The position numbers and the translations under genes are program-made. From positions 66,985 through 130,984 of the forward strand of contig JAKFVA010000009.1 in the NCBI GenBank assembly GCA_021732385.1: 64,000 nt of DNA. The letters run 5' to 3'. The notes beneath the pieces are model-generated. The model was not told the DNA's origin, did no database searches, and saw nothing but the letters and a program-made list of their open reading frames with translations. The first letter of the stretch is position 1; each line of letters starts with the position of its first letter. This DNA comes from Burkholderiales bacterium. GTDB lineage: Bacteria; Pseudomonadota; Gammaproteobacteria; Burkholderiales; Burkholderiaceae_C. Below are positions 54,453 through 63,880 of this stretch, piece by piece.

Positions 54453-56198
54453 TTACGGAAAAAATTCTTGCAACCACAGCTTGGTCATCAGCATGGTGCG
54501 CAATTGCCGCGTATGGTTGTGCAAACCGCTGCGGTGCTCGTCGAGCATCACATGCAGCTCCTTGCTGTCAAAACGTCCGCCATCGGGTAGGGCCAACACA
54601 TCGCGCGCCCAGCTGTAGAGGGGGCCCTTGATCCACTCGCCAATCGGCAGGGTGGGCATGGTCTTGGGACGGAATACAAAGTCATGGTCGAAATAATTTA
54701 CCGCGGCAGCTTTGAGGAAATGCTTGCCTGTGCCCTGGTGGTACTTGCTGGTAATCGGCAGGCGCGCAAACAGCTCGCTGACCCGGTGATCGAGAAACGG
54801 CGCGCGCCCCTCTATCGACCAGAACGCGCCCATGCGGTCGCCCTTGACGGCGTTGTTGCCAGGCAGAAGGTAATGCAGCTCATAGGCGGCCACCTGCTCC
54901 ATGGGTTCGAGGTCGGCAAAAGGCCGCACCATCTCCAAAAAGCACGCCAGCGCGTTCTGGGTATGCGGCAAGAAGCCCGGGCTCATCATGCGCTGGCGGT
55001 CTTTGTCGCTGCTGTAGCTGATCAGGTCAAAGTAGCTGTGCATGGAGAAATTGGTGCGCGGCATCTCGGAGAAAAACTGCTCGTTGTGCCTGAAGCCGAG
55101 CATCACTTCATCGGGCCCGTCGCCGGTAAACATGACGATCTTGCCCATCTCGTGCGCGCGGCGCGAGAGCAGGTAAAACAGAAAGAACGAGAAGTCGCCG
55201 TGCGGCTGTTCGGCCTGGCGCACCACCGATTGCGCAATTGCCGGGATGTCTTGCGGCGTGATGTCAAGTGCCGATAAATTGATGTTCAGTTCATCGGCCA
55301 CGCGCTGGGCGTATTGGTATTCCGAAAAGCCTTTTTCCTCGATACGCAGGCCAATCGCGTCGATTTGCGGGCGGTTCCATTGCCTGGCCAGCCGCGCGGC
55401 AATCACCGACGAATCTACCCCACCCGACAGGAACAGGCCGCCATCGACGTCAAAGCGCATTTGCGTGGTGATGGCGGCGTCCAGCGCAGCCTCCAGTTGC
55501 GCGTGGGTAGCGTCTTGGCGCTCTCCACTGATGGGCCACTGCCAGTAGGCCACCGGCTGCGAAAACGCGCCATTTTGGTAGCGGATGTAGCTGCCCGGCG
55601 GCAGTTGCTTGATGCCTTCAAAACAGGTTTCGGGTGGCGGACAGTAGTTGAACGAGAACACGTGGCCCAACGCGGCTTCGTTGACTTTTTTCTCGAAGTT
55701 GGGTAACGCCAAAATTGCCTTCATCTCGCTGGCAAACGCCAGACCGCCCTGGTAGGGCGCGTAGAAAAAAGGTTTGATGCCCTGCCGGTCACGCGCCAGC
55801 AGTGCGGTTTGGGTGCGTGTATCCCAGATACAAAAGGCAAATACGCCCACCAAGTCATCCAGCATCCTCTCGCGCTTTTCGTCCCACAGGTGCACCAGCA
55901 CCTCAGTGTCGCAGCGCGACTTGAATTTATAGCCCTTGGCCTTGAGCTGCTCGCGCAGTTCAATGAAGTTGTAGATTTCGCCATTGAAGACCACCCACAC
56001 GCTGCCATCGGCATTGCACATGGGCTGCATGCCGTTCTCGCGGTCAACCACCGCCAGGCGCGCGTGGCCCAAAATGGCTGCGCCCAGCGCCTTGACACCC
56101 ATCTCGTCGGGGCCGCGGTACTTGATGCACTCGATCATCTGCTCCACATGCGCTGCGCTGACGCCCGAGGCACCGACCACTCCCGTCATTCCACACAT
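54453..56198 (-). CDS. asnB: Asparagine synthase (glutamine-hydrolysing) family amidotransferase
   Basis: 581 aa. The N-terminal nucleophile is MCGMTGVV. The Ntn glutaminase domain has HARLAVVD and VFNGEIYNF. The PP-loop is FLSGGVDSSVIAA. Confidence 0.9.
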   Translation of the reverse strand: MCGMTGVVGASGVSAAHVEQMIECIKYRGPDEMGVKALGAAILGHARLAVVDRENGMQPMCNADGSVWVVFNGEIYNFIELREQLKAKGYKFKSRCDTEVLVHLWDEKRERMLDDLVGVFAFCIWDTRTQTALLARDRQGIKPFFYAPYQGGLAFASEMKAILALPNFEKKVNEAALGHVFSFNYCPPPETCFEGIKQLPPGSYIRYQNGAFSQPVAYWQWPISGERQDATHAQLEAALDAAITTQMRFDVDGGLFLSGGVDSSVIAARLARQWNRPQIDAIGLRIEEKGFSEYQYAQRVADELNINLSALDITPQDIPAIAQSVVRQAEQPHGDFSFFLFYLLSRRAHEMGKIVMFTGDGPDEVMLGFRHNEQFFSEMPRTNFSMHSYFDLISYSSDKDRQRMMSPGFLPHTQNALACFLEMVRPFADLEPMEQVAAYELHYLLPGNNAVKGDRMGAFWSIEGRAPFLDHRVSELFARLPITSKYHQGTGKHFLKAAAVNYFDHDFVFRPKTMPTLPIGEWIKGPLYSWARDVLALPDGGRFDSKELHVMLDEHRSGLHNHTRQLRTMLMTKLWLQEFFP

Positions 56199-56252
56199 AA
56201 CTGTCCTTTTGAATTTAGCGTCATTTTTAAACCTGTCTGCCGCCTAAAACGC

Positions 56253-57677
56253 CTAGCCTTTGGCGTCAATGCGCGCAATTTTTCGGCTGGTGGGCGCATT
56301 GTTTACCAGCGCCTCATCGTGGGCATCTTCATGGAACACCTTTCGGAAAATGCCAATCTGATAGTCCAGGCTGGCCTTGGATTCAGTCTCGGTAGGCTCA
56401 ATCAGCATGGCCGATTTGAGGTCGCCCGGAAAGTACACACAGCCGGCCCCCACCAGCGTGGGCGGGTGAATACCGTAGTCAATCAAGCGCTTGGCAAACT
56501 GGCGCGCCGACGTATTGAGCCGCTCACCCGAAAGCAGGGTTTCATGCTTGCAATGCCCGAGGTAAACCGGTGGCAGCATGGGTGCGAGCTGGTGCTGCAA
56601 ATAATTGGCATTGAGCACGGCGTTTTCAGACGCCTCGCGCAGCCCAGCTGCGCCCATGGTGCGCAAATAGCCATAGGCACGCAGTAGCACCGCCACATGG
56701 CCATGAAAGCTCTTGATTTGGCCAATCGACAAGGGGCGCTGCATGTCGGGCGCGCACACGCCGTCTGCAGCACGCACCACCACCGGGCTGGGCAAGTACG
56801 CTGCTAGCGCGTGCTTGACGGCCACCGGCCCTGCGCCTGGCCCGCCGCCACCATGCGGCGTGGCAAAAGTTTTGTGCACATTCACATGCACCACGTCAAA
56901 GCCCATGTCGCCCGGTCGCACGATGCCCATCAGCGCGTTCAGGTTGGCGCCGTCGTAGTACAACAGCGCGCCGTTGGCATGCACCAGAGCGGCAATTTCC
57001 ACAATCTGGTCTTCAAACAAACCCAGCGTGGACGGGTTGGTGAGCATGAAGGCCGCCACATCGGGGGTGAGCATGGCACGCAGCGCCGCCATATCCACCC
57101 GGCCCTGCGGGTTGCTGGGCACGATGCGGCAGACAAACCCCGCCATGGCAGCCGACGCCGGGTTGGTGCCGTGCGCGGAATCGGGCACCAGCACCACCGG
57201 GCGGTTTTGCCCGATGTGCTGAAAATGCGCGCGAATCGTCAGCAGTCCGGCCAGCTCGCCTTGCGCACCTGCGGCCGGTGCCAGGCAGCAGCTGTGCATG
57301 CCGGTGATCTCGCACACCATGGTTTGCAGGCGCTCGTACAGCGCCCAGACACCGCCCAAGGTGGCGCTGGGCTGCAGCGGATGCGCATAGGCAAAGCCAG
57401 GCAGCAACGCCAGCACGTCATTGCGCTTGGGGTTGTATTTCATGGTGCATGAGCCCAGCGGATAGGGGCCGTTGTCCACCCCGTGTGACTCTAGGCTGAG
57501 GCGTGTGAAATGGCGCACCACATCCACCTCGCTGACTTCCGGTAGGCCCATCGCCGTGCGCGCTTTGGCAAATGCGGGCAAGGCAGCCATGGCGGGTGTA
57601 TCGGCCATGCCGCCCAGCGCGTCACTGGCAGCGCCGGGGCGGTGCAGATCAAGCAGGGTTTGGGAGATGGCGCTCAT
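56253..57677 (-). CDS. gcvPB: Glycine dehydrogenase (aminomethyl-transferring) subunit 2
   Basis: 474 aa. GSCTMKYNPK, AAGAQGELAGLL and PDSAHGTNPASA. The PLP-lysine context is HVNVHKTFATPHGGGGPGAGPVAV. It overlaps gcvPA by 4 nt. Confidence 0.9.
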   Translation of the reverse strand: MSAISQTLLDLHRPGAASDALGGMADTPAMAALPAFAKARTAMGLPEVSEVDVVRHFTRLSLESHGVDNGPYPLGSCTMKYNPKRNDVLALLPGFAYAHPLQPSATLGGVWALYERLQTMVCEITGMHSCCLAPAAGAQGELAGLLTIRAHFQHIGQNRPVVLVPDSAHGTNPASAAMAGFVCRIVPSNPQGRVDMAALRAMLTPDVAAFMLTNPSTLGLFEDQIVEIAALVHANGALLYYDGANLNALMGIVRPGDMGFDVVHVNVHKTFATPHGGGGPGAGPVAVKHALAAYLPSPVVVRAADGVCAPDMQRPLSIGQIKSFHGHVAVLLRAYGYLRTMGAAGLREASENAVLNANYLQHQLAPMLPPVYLGHCKHETLLSGERLNTSARQFAKRLIDYGIHPPTLVGAGCVYFPGDLKSAMLIEPTETESKASLDYQIGIFRKVFHEDAHDEALVNNAPTSRKIARIDAKG

Positions 57678-59098
57678 GCGGGCACCCGTGCTGCCTGGTG
57701 CAGCTCGAGCAGGACGGTGCTGGCCTGCGCCGCATAGGCGTTCAGGTCAGCCTGGGTCTTGGTTTCGGTGACCGCCACCAGCAAGCCGCGGCTGTGGCCT
57801 GCCAGCGCCGGGGCCAGCGGCAGGCCGGCAAAAATTCCGCGCGCCAGCATGCGCTCACAAAAAAGCGTGGCGTCCACCGGCAGTTCCAGCGCAAATTCAT
57901 TAAAGGCTGTGCCACTGCACAGCGGCCGCACTGCGGGCACGGCCAGTAAGCGCTTTTGCAGATAAGCCGCGTTGGCGGCATTGGCCTGGGCAACGCGCAG
58001 GAGATTGTGCTCGCCAAGACAGGCCAGATGCACTGCCACCCGGATTGCGTTGAGCGCCTGGTTGGAGCAGATGTGGCTGGTGGCCTTGTCGCGCGCCACA
58101 TGCTGCTCGCGGTCTTCCTTAACCAGGGCGTAACCCAGCTGGCCATTGAGGTCATGCAGGCGGCCGACCAAGCGGCCTGGCAAAAACCGCTCCAGCGGCT
58201 TGGCGCATGCAATGATGCCGATGTAAGGGCCGCCCGCATTAAGCGGCAGGCCAAGCGGCTGGCCTTCGCAGGCCACAATGTCCGCGCCCAACTGGCCGGG
58301 CGATTCAATCCAGGCACACAGCAAGGGGTTGACGCTGACGCACAGCAACGCCTGGTGCTGTTGGCACAGTGCAGCGGCGCTGGCGACATCTTCCACCACG
58401 CCCAACGCATTGGGACTTTGCACCAGCACACCGGCCACGTCACGGGCTTGCAGCAGCTTGGCCAGCGCGGCGTTGTCAATCAAACCGGTAGCCGCGTCAC
58501 GCGGCACGCTGTCCAGCTGAACGCCGCGTGGCAGCAAATAGGTTTGCAGCACCTCGCGGTAAGTGGGCCACAGGCTTGGCGGCAGCAGCAGGCGGCGCTT
58601 GCCCGAAGCCGAGCACATCATCCAGGCGGCCTCCGCCAATGCAGTGGCACCGTCATAAACCGAGCAGTTGACGCACTCACGCCCCAGCAAACGCCCGGCC
58701 AGCACCTGAAACTCAAACAGCGCCTGCAGCAGGCCCTGGCTCATCTCGGGCTGGTAGGGTGTGTAGGCGGTGAGAAATTCGCCGCGCGAGGCCACCGCCT
58801 CGACCACGGCGGGAATGTAGTGCTCATACGCGCCACCACCCAGATAGCAGGCGTGGGTTTGCGTGCTGCTGTTGCGGCTGGCCAGCTCGCGCACATCACG
58901 CAGCAAGGCCCATTCAGACAGCGGCGCAGGCAAATCCAGCGGTCGCTTGAGGCGCACCGAGTCGGGGATATCGGCAAACAGTTCTTCAATGCAGTGCAAA
59001 CCCATGGCCGCCAGCATGGCGTCAATGTCGACCTGGGTGTGGACGTTGTAGCCCGTGGGTTTACGGGCGGGTTGCGCATCAAATCGGCTTTGATTCAC
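57674..59098 (-). CDS. gcvPA: Glycine dehydrogenase (aminomethyl-transferring) subunit 1
   Basis: 474 aa with a GTG start. YLGGGAYEHYIPAVVEAVASRGEFLTAYTPYQPEMSQGLLQALFEFQ and YDGATALAEAAWM. Confidence 0.9.
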   Translation of the reverse strand: MNQSRFDAQPARKPTGYNVHTQVDIDAMLAAMGLHCIEELFADIPDSVRLKRPLDLPAPLSEWALLRDVRELASRNSSTQTHACYLGGGAYEHYIPAVVEAVASRGEFLTAYTPYQPEMSQGLLQALFEFQVLAGRLLGRECVNCSVYDGATALAEAAWMMCSASGKRRLLLPPSLWPTYREVLQTYLLPRGVQLDSVPRDAATGLIDNAALAKLLQARDVAGVLVQSPNALGVVEDVASAAALCQQHQALLCVSVNPLLCAWIESPGQLGADIVACEGQPLGLPLNAGGPYIGIIACAKPLERFLPGRLVGRLHDLNGQLGYALVKEDREQHVARDKATSHICSNQALNAIRVAVHLACLGEHNLLRVAQANAANAAYLQKRLLAVPAVRPLCSGTAFNEFALELPVDATLFCERMLARGIFAGLPLAPALAGHSRGLLVAVTETKTQADLNAYAAQASTVLLELHQAARVPA

Positions 59099-59195
59099 GT
59101 GCTGTGAGGCGCTTTGGCGCGGGGTGTTGAGTGTGTATTGCGGTTAACACGATTATAGGAGCGGCTCTCTATACGCCGAGGCGCTGGTGGGGTTG

Positions 59196-59765
59196 TCAGT
59201 TGCCCTGCCCGCCAAACAGGCGCGCCGCCGTCCAAGCCATGATTTTGAGGTCCAGCCACAGCCCGGGCAAGCCACGCGCCTGCTGCACGTAGGCCAGATC
59301 AAGCGCCAGCCGCTGCTCGAAGCTGCCCGCCGAGCGGATGCGTGCCTGCGCCAACCCAGTGATGCCAGGGCGAACACTGCAACGCAGCAACCAGTCGGCG
59401 TCGGTATACAGCGTGCGCTGCAGCGGCACATCGGGGCGCGGCCCCACCAGGCTCATGTGGCCCTGCAGCACATTGATGAGTTGCGGCAACTCGTCAATAC
59501 TGGTGGCCCGGATAAAGCGGCCCACGCTGGTAATGCGCGGGTCATCACTGCTGCTGGTGTAGTAGGGGCCAATGCGCGCCGCATCCTTGACCATGCTGCG
59601 AAATTTGAGTATGGAAAATTCACGCCCATGCAAGCCCACGCGGGTTTGCTTGAAAAACACCGGCCAGCCGCTTTGCAGCGCAATCGCCAGCGCGGCCAGC
59701 AACAGCAGCGGGCTCAGCACCAGCAGAGCCAGCGCCGACACGCCGATATCAAGCAACCGCTTCAT
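59196..59765 (-). CDS. Small monotopic phosphoglycosyl transferase (bacterial sugar transferase, PglC/WbaP-C-like)
   Basis: 189 aa. MKRLLDIGVSALALLVLSPLLLLAALAIAL is the re-entrant helix. Also PVFFKQTRVGLHGREFSILKFRSM, DELPQLINVLQGHMSLVGPRP and PGITGLAQ. The start overlaps the upstream stop (ATGA). Confidence 0.85.
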   Translation of the reverse strand: MKRLLDIGVSALALLVLSPLLLLAALAIALQSGWPVFFKQTRVGLHGREFSILKFRSMVKDAARIGPYYTSSSDDPRITSVGRFIRATSIDELPQLINVLQGHMSLVGPRPDVPLQRTLYTDADWLLRCSVRPGITGLAQARIRSAGSFEQRLALDLAYVQQARGLPGLWLDLKIMAWTAARLFGGQGN

Positions 59766-60568
59766 GCTTGCGCCGGGAGCCGGCTGGCGATCTGCTCAAT
59801 GGTGTGCCTGATGCGCAGTCGATCTGCCTCGATTTGTGCCCCACTGCGCTCGGCCAGTGCCAGTTCAGCTTGGCGCAAGGCCGCGACTTGCCCCTCAAAG
59901 CGCTGGCTGTTTTCACTGCGATGGAAAGTGCGCGACAAGATCACGGCGCTAGAGCCCAGCCGCAGGTGCTCGGCCAGCACATCGCGGCCCGGCAGCAGGC
60001 CCTCGTTCAACTGCGCCATACCGCCAAAACCAAAGCGCAAACCCCGGGTACTGGCCGCCAGCGCCACCTGCTCAACCACGCCCTGCGCCAGCGGCTCAAA
60101 CATGAAACGCAGGCCCAGCGACAAATGCAAATCGTTCAGGCCGACATACACCTCGGCCAATCCTGGTGTGTCAATCCATTGCGCCAGCGTATCCAGCGCC
60201 CCCCCGGTCTCTAGCAGCGCTACCACCGGTGCCCGGCCCGCCACCAGGGCGCAGAACTGGCGCAGTGTGGCGGCATCGGCAAACATCGGCAGCATCAACA
60301 GGTCGGCACCCTGGGCCAGCACGGCATCCAGCTCGGCTGACGTGGCCGCGTTCAAGGGATTGACGCGCACCATCAGGCGGGTATGCCGTAACACCGCTTT
60401 GATGCGGCCCACATCGTCGATCTGGTGACTGCTGATAAAAGTATCGCGCCCGGCCTGGCGCTGGGCTTTGCCCAGGCGCTCGAGGTCGACGAACAGGCGC
60501 ATGCCGGGCAGCGCGTCGCATCGGCGCGCCATGGCGGGGTCATTGGTGATTTGCAGCAAGTCAAGCAT
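59762..60568 (-). CDS. HpcH/HpaI aldolase / citrate-lyase-like TIM-barrel family protein
   Basis: 268 aa. MVRVNPLNAATSAELDAVLAQGADLLMLPMF, ALLETGGAL and VYVGLNDLHLSLG fit the HpcH_HpaI pattern. The substrate is unknown. Confidence 0.65.
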   Translation of the reverse strand: MLDLLQITNDPAMARRCDALPGMRLFVDLERLGKAQRQAGRDTFISSHQIDDVGRIKAVLRHTRLMVRVNPLNAATSAELDAVLAQGADLLMLPMFADAATLRQFCALVAGRAPVVALLETGGALDTLAQWIDTPGLAEVYVGLNDLHLSLGLRFMFEPLAQGVVEQVALAASTRGLRFGFGGMAQLNEGLLPGRDVLAEHLRLGSSAVILSRTFHRSENSQRFEGQVAALRQAELALAERSGAQIEADRLRIRHTIEQIASRLPAQA

Positions 60569-60580
60569 GGGCGGTATAAA

Positions 60581-62137
60581 TTATCGGCGTAGCGCGGCGC
60601 GCACATCGGGGCTGGCGAGCAAGCTGCTGGCCAGCACAGCCGTAGCAGCTGCCGCGCCTGCCGCAAAACCCAGCCAGAGGTTTTTTTCAAGCCCAGCAAA
60701 GGCACCCAGGCGAGCCAGCCCATCGACAATCAACAGCAACGCCACCGGAGGCAGCAGCGCGCGTGCCCACAAGCCCCGATCACGGCTTGGCGGGTGCAGC
60801 CAGCCGCGCCGCGCTGCCAGCACGCAAACCAGCGCAACCAAGACATACAAAACATTGAGCCAGACCATCAAGCGGTCACCTTGCGATACGCCCGCTGCGC
60901 CCAACGCCAACAACGCGAGCAAAGCCAGCGCATAGGCGGCCACCGCAGCCCGCATGCGCGCTTGCGCGGCCAGCACCGTCAGCGCCACTGCAATCAACGC
61001 CTGAGGCAGCAGCCCCCAGGCACCGGCACGGCCCCACTGTGCAATCGACGCCAGTGCATCAGGCGTCATCTTGCCCCAGCCAAACAGCAGTTGCGCAATG
61101 GCCGGTGCTGCCACCAGCAGCGCGCAGGCACAGGCGCAGGCCAACCCCCAGGCCAGCGCCATGGCCCCGCGCACCGTGCTGGCCGCCGCATCGGGTAGCT
61201 GCGGGGTTTTGCCATCCAGGGCTTTGACAATGCCGGGGAAAGCCAGGGTGGCCACCAGTTGAATTGCCAGCACCAGTGGCAGCTCCACCAACTTCCATGC
61301 GTAGTTGAACATGGCTAGCGCGCCCTCGCCTTGTTGCGAGGCCAGGGAACGCGCCACAAAAGGCAAGGTCAATGGCAAACCCGCCGACAGCGCTGCCCAC
61401 AACCAAATCGCAGGGCCGGGCAAACGCGCAGTTGGCACAGGCGTTGTGGATTCCATCGCGCCAAGCAAGCGCTGCTGGTTACGCAGGCGAAGCACCATCC
61501 AGACCAGGCGCAGCAGCATGGCTAGCAGCAACCCCAGGCCCAAAACCAGCACCAGCCAGCGTGTCTGCAACAGGCTCGCCGCCACAAAAACCAGGGTGCC
61601 AATTAACACCAGATTAACCACCAGACTGGCTGCGTACATGCCGGTGAAGTCGCGCTCGTGTTGAAGCCGCGTGCTCCACAGCGCTGCCAGCAAGGCCAGC
61701 GGCACAGCCAAGGCGCTCCACATCAGCGCCTGCCCGCCAAACGACAGCAAGCCAGGCGGCAGGCCAGGCACCAAAAGACGCAGCAATAAGGCGGGCTGCC
61801 ACAGCGCAGCCAGCAGCCACGCCAGTGCCAGCAGCAAACCTCCGCCCAGCAAACCGCGCGCTACCAGGCGCTGACTGGACGCCACCTGCTGCCTGGTTTG
61901 CGCCGCCCAAGACGGCAGCAGCACAAAGGCGAGCGCACCGCTGGCCAGCAAACCGGCAAACCAGTCGGGTAGGGCAAACATAAGCACCACCACATCGGCC
62001 AGCCCCGATGTGCCAAACGCCCCCGCCATCACCGACTCGCGCAGCAAGCCCAGCAGGCGGCTAAGCAGCAACAAGGTCAGTGACACGGCAGCGGCTTTGA
62101 CAAACATGGCTGGATTATCTAGTGCCGCACCTGCCAT
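60581..62137 (-). CDS. murJ: MurJ/MviN-family (MOP superfamily) flippase, divergent paralog
   Basis: 518 aa with about 14 TM segments. The N-terminus LSRLLGLLRESVMAGAFGTSGLADVVVLMFALPDWFAGLLASGALAFVLLP follows the MurJ pattern (SR-LG--R-------FG-----DAF--AF--PN-LRR-FAEGA). The basic RR pair is replaced by WF-AG. An alternative ATG lies at 62107. Confidence 0.7.
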   Translation of the reverse strand: MAGAALDNPAMFVKAAAVSLTLLLLSRLLGLLRESVMAGAFGTSGLADVVVLMFALPDWFAGLLASGALAFVLLPSWAAQTRQQVASSQRLVARGLLGGGLLLALAWLLAALWQPALLLRLLVPGLPPGLLSFGGQALMWSALAVPLALLAALWSTRLQHERDFTGMYAASLVVNLVLIGTLVFVAASLLQTRWLVLVLGLGLLLAMLLRLVWMVLRLRNQQRLLGAMESTTPVPTARLPGPAIWLWAALSAGLPLTLPFVARSLASQQGEGALAMFNYAWKLVELPLVLAIQLVATLAFPGIVKALDGKTPQLPDAAASTVRGAMALAWGLACACACALLVAAPAIAQLLFGWGKMTPDALASIAQWGRAGAWGLLPQALIAVALTVLAAQARMRAAVAAYALALLALLALGAAGVSQGDRLMVWLNVLYVLVALVCVLAARRGWLHPPSRDRGLWARALLPPVALLLIVDGLARLGAFAGLEKNLWLGFAAGAAAATAVLASSLLASPDVRAALRR

Positions 62138-62208
62138 GAGCCGCGCCCGAGGCCACTAAAATCAGCGCCTTGCCGCACAGCCCTTGAGCGGCGCAGCCCC
62201 CACACACC

Positions 62209-63753
62209 ATGTCCGACCACACCCCTGCCAGCCCAGCCCCTGCCGCCGCGCCCGACGAAAACCAGTTGATCACCGAGCGGCGCGACAAGCTCAAGGCAAT
62301 TCGCCAAACCCAGGCCCAGGGCGGCCCGGTGGCTTTTCCCAACGACTTCAAGCCCGCCGACCGCGCCGCCGCCCTGCTGGCCGCGCACCAGGCCAGCAGC
62401 GCCGATGAACTTGCCGCACTGGCCATCCCAGCCAGCGTGGCCGGGCGCATGGTACTCAAGCGCGTGATGGGCAAGGCCAGCTTTGCCACACTGCAGGACA
62501 GCAGCGGCCGTACCCAAATCTACGTGGCACGCGATGTGGTGGGCGACGAAACCTACACCGCCTTCACGCATTGGGACTTGGGCGACATCGTGGCCGCCGA
62601 GGGCCAGCTCTTCAAAACCAAAACCGGTGAACTCTCGATTCGCGCCAGCCGTATCCGCCTGCTGACCAAAAGCCTGCGCCCGCTGCCCGACAAGTTTCAC
62701 GGCATGGCCGACCAGGAGCAAAAGTACCGCCAGCGCTACGTGGATTTGATTACCGACGAGGCCGCCCGGACGCGTTTTGTGGCGCGCAGCAAAGCCGTCA
62801 GCGGCCTGCGCGACTTTATGGTGGGCCATGGTTTTTTAGAGGTGGAAACACCGATGCTGCATCCGATTCCCGGCGGTGCCAACGCCCGGCCTTTCAGCAC
62901 GCACCACAACGCGCTTGATCAGGCCATGTACCTGCGCATTGCGCCCGAGCTGTATTTGAAGCGGCTGCTGGTGGGCGGGTTTGAGCGCGTGTTCGAGATC
63001 AACCGCAACTTCCGCAATGAAGGCATCAGCGTGCGGCACAACCCCGAATTCACCATGATGGAGTTTTACGCCGCCTACTGGAACTACCTCGACCTGATGG
63101 ACTTTACCGAGGCGCTGGTGCGCGACGCCGCGCAAAAAGCCTGCGGCACCCTGCACCTGAGCTACAGCGGCAAAGCAGTGGATTTAACGCAACCGTTTGA
63201 GCGCCTGACGATTGTGCAGGCCATTGCCAAATACACCGACGCGGGCACCCATGTGCATGACGCCGCCTGGCTCACGCAGGCGCTCAAAAAACTTGGCAAA
63301 ACCGAAGAAAAAGACCGCCTGAGCGGCGGCAGCCTGGCCAGCCTGCAAGTGCAATACTTTGAGGAGACCGTGGAAGACAAGCTCTGGCAGCCCACCTTCA
63401 TCATGGAGCACCCCACTGAAATCTCCCCACTGGCACGCGCCAACGACGCCCGCCCCGAGGTGACCGAGCGTTTTGAGCTCTACATCACCGGGCGCGAATT
63501 TGGCAACGGCTTCAGCGAGTTGAACGATGCCGAAGACCAGGCCGCCCGCTTGCAAGCGCAAGTGGACGCCAAAGACGGCGGCGACGACGAAGCCATGTAC
63601 TTCGACCACGACTTTGTACGCGCGCTTGAATACGGCATGCCCCCGGCAGGCGGTTGCGGCATTGGCATTGACCGCCTGATGATGCTGCTGCTGGATGCAC
63701 CCAGCATCCGCGACGTGATTTTGTTTCCAGCACTGCGCCGTGAGGCGCATTGA
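62209..63753 (+). CDS. lysS: Lysine--tRNA ligase (class II)
   Basis: 514 aa. [23 protein letters not shown] and the OB fold [21 protein letters not shown]. Class II motifs are [15 protein letters not shown] and [13 protein letters not shown]. Confidence 0.97.
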   Translation: MSDHTPASPAPAAAPDENQLITERRDKLKAIRQTQAQGGPVAFPNDFKPADRAAALLAAHQASSADELAALAIPASVAGRMVLKRVMGKASFATLQDSSGRTQIYVARDVVGDETYTAFTHWDLGDIVAAEGQLFKTKTGELSIRASRIRLLTKSLRPLPDKFHGMADQEQKYRQRYVDLITDEAARTRFVARSKAVSGLRDFMVGHGFLEVETPMLHPIPGGANARPFSTHHNALDQAMYLRIAPELYLKRLLVGGFERVFEINRNFRNEGISVRHNPEFTMMEFYAAYWNYLDLMDFTEALVRDAAQKACGTLHLSYSGKAVDLTQPFERLTIVQAIAKYTDAGTHVHDAAWLTQALKKLGKTEEKDRLSGGSLASLQVQYFEETVEDKLWQPTFIMEHPTEISPLARANDARPEVTERFELYITGREFGNGFSELNDAEDQAARLQAQVDAKDGGDDEAMYFDHDFVRALEYGMPPAGGCGIGIDRLMMLLLDAPSIRDVILFPALRREAH

Positions 63754-63775
63754 ATCACTTCACTCGATTTGCTGC

Positions 63776-63880
63776 AAAAAGCATAGCAAAAACCATAGCA
63801 CTACCCGCACGTCTTTGCTGGGTAAAAAGCAGTTTTTGCACTTAAAAAAGCCTATTTTTCTTAAAATTTCCATACCGAAC
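63776..63880. mobile_element. MITE-like element, truncated half copy C
   Basis: caaaaagcatagcaaaaaccatagcactacccgcacgtctttgctgg (63776-63821) matches the terminal repeat of copies A and B. An AT-rich interior follows. No second terminal repeat appears before the next gene's stop at 63885. Confidence 0.45.

Noticed and set aside
53662-59107. Long plus-strand ORFs (53662-54618, 55809-56687, 56811-57452, 57956-59107) antisense to the GS-like, asnB and gcvPA/PB genes
   Set aside because: The reasoning is the same as above. They have no motifs, biased composition, and lie opposite confidently identified enzymes.
59099-59195. Looked for a glycine riboswitch or promoter upstream of gcvPA; found a perfect TATAAT (complement of 59152-59157)
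   Set aside because: I could not recognise the tandem glycine-aptamer core (GGAGAG...CACCG...) on the minus strand. The TATAAT has no acceptable -35 (ctcggc at 17-bp spacing) and no TGn extension. It may be fortuitous, so it is not reported as a feature.
39631-62137. Considered calling the glycan locus a genomic island or prophage remnant
   Set aside because: The window contains no integrase, transposase, tRNA attachment site or phage genes. Only MITE copies and a GC step support foreign origin, so it is reported as an accessory locus, not as a mobile element.
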